A DNA stretch of 64,000 nucleotides, from NCBI RefSeq assembly GCF_018350175.1, contig NC_058368.1, positions 71,178,001-71,242,000 of the forward strand. The letters run 5' to 3'. The notes below the pieces were generated by a model, which was not told the DNA's origin, did no database searches, and worked only from the letters and a program-made list of their open reading frames with translations. This DNA comes from Felis catus. Its lineage: Eukaryota. A program made the position numbers and the translations under genes. Shown here piece by piece: positions 63,654-64,000 of the stretch; the stretch's first letter is position 1; every line of letters begins with the position of its first letter.

Positions 63654-64000
63654 GGTAAAAGATGTAGGTTTTCTTCATTCTTGGCCTGAAAAGGGTATAC
63701 ACAATTAAAAAACAAAACACTTAATTACTGACTCTTGTATTAAGCAAAATGGAAGTATCATAATGTCTTTAATATGTGTCTTAATTTTTTTTTCCCCAGG
63801 GTTTTAAAAACCTAGAGTAGGGTTTAAAAATTGCCTGACAGATTGCTGGTCACCAAGTAGATTTGGACAAAGCTTGAGAAAGATTCAAAGATTATTGTAA
63901 TGTTTATATCATACTGCATTAGGAGAGCACGTTTTCCCACAGCTGAATTCCGGTATCACTAAGGGAATGCTATAATTGTTTAATTTTCCTAAATGCTGTA

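Noticed and set aside
1..64000. A novel multi-gene biological system
   Set aside because: All recognisable coding signal is explained by PCCA exons, the ASNS retrocopy and transposon remnants.

Overview
Mammalian genomic DNA, most likely from a felid: the window is dense in tRNA-derived Can-SINEs, including young CpG-rich cat-type copies. It holds about 42 kb of repeat-rich upstream DNA followed by the CpG-island promoter and first four coding exons of PCCA (propionyl-CoA carboxylase alpha chain, + strand), which continues past the window end. About 17-20 kb upstream, on the minus strand, is a full-length but decayed processed pseudogene of asparagine synthetase (ASNS). It is interrupted by SINEs and by a ~310-bp captured fragment containing L2. 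The rest is SINEs, L1/L2/MIR fragments, MaLR/ERV LTRs, DNA-transposon MITEs and microsatellites, and nearly all short ORFs in the track are repeat artefacts. I found no evidence of a novel multi-gene system. The most notable observations are a 29-bp micro-inversion between two head-to-head SINEs in PCCA intron 1 (inferred from swapped, inverted target-site duplications, TSDs), the ASNS retrocopy with its insert, and serial SINE insertion at single target sites. Repeat subfamily names and reference-protein comparisons come from memory, not a database search, and repeat boundaries are approximate.
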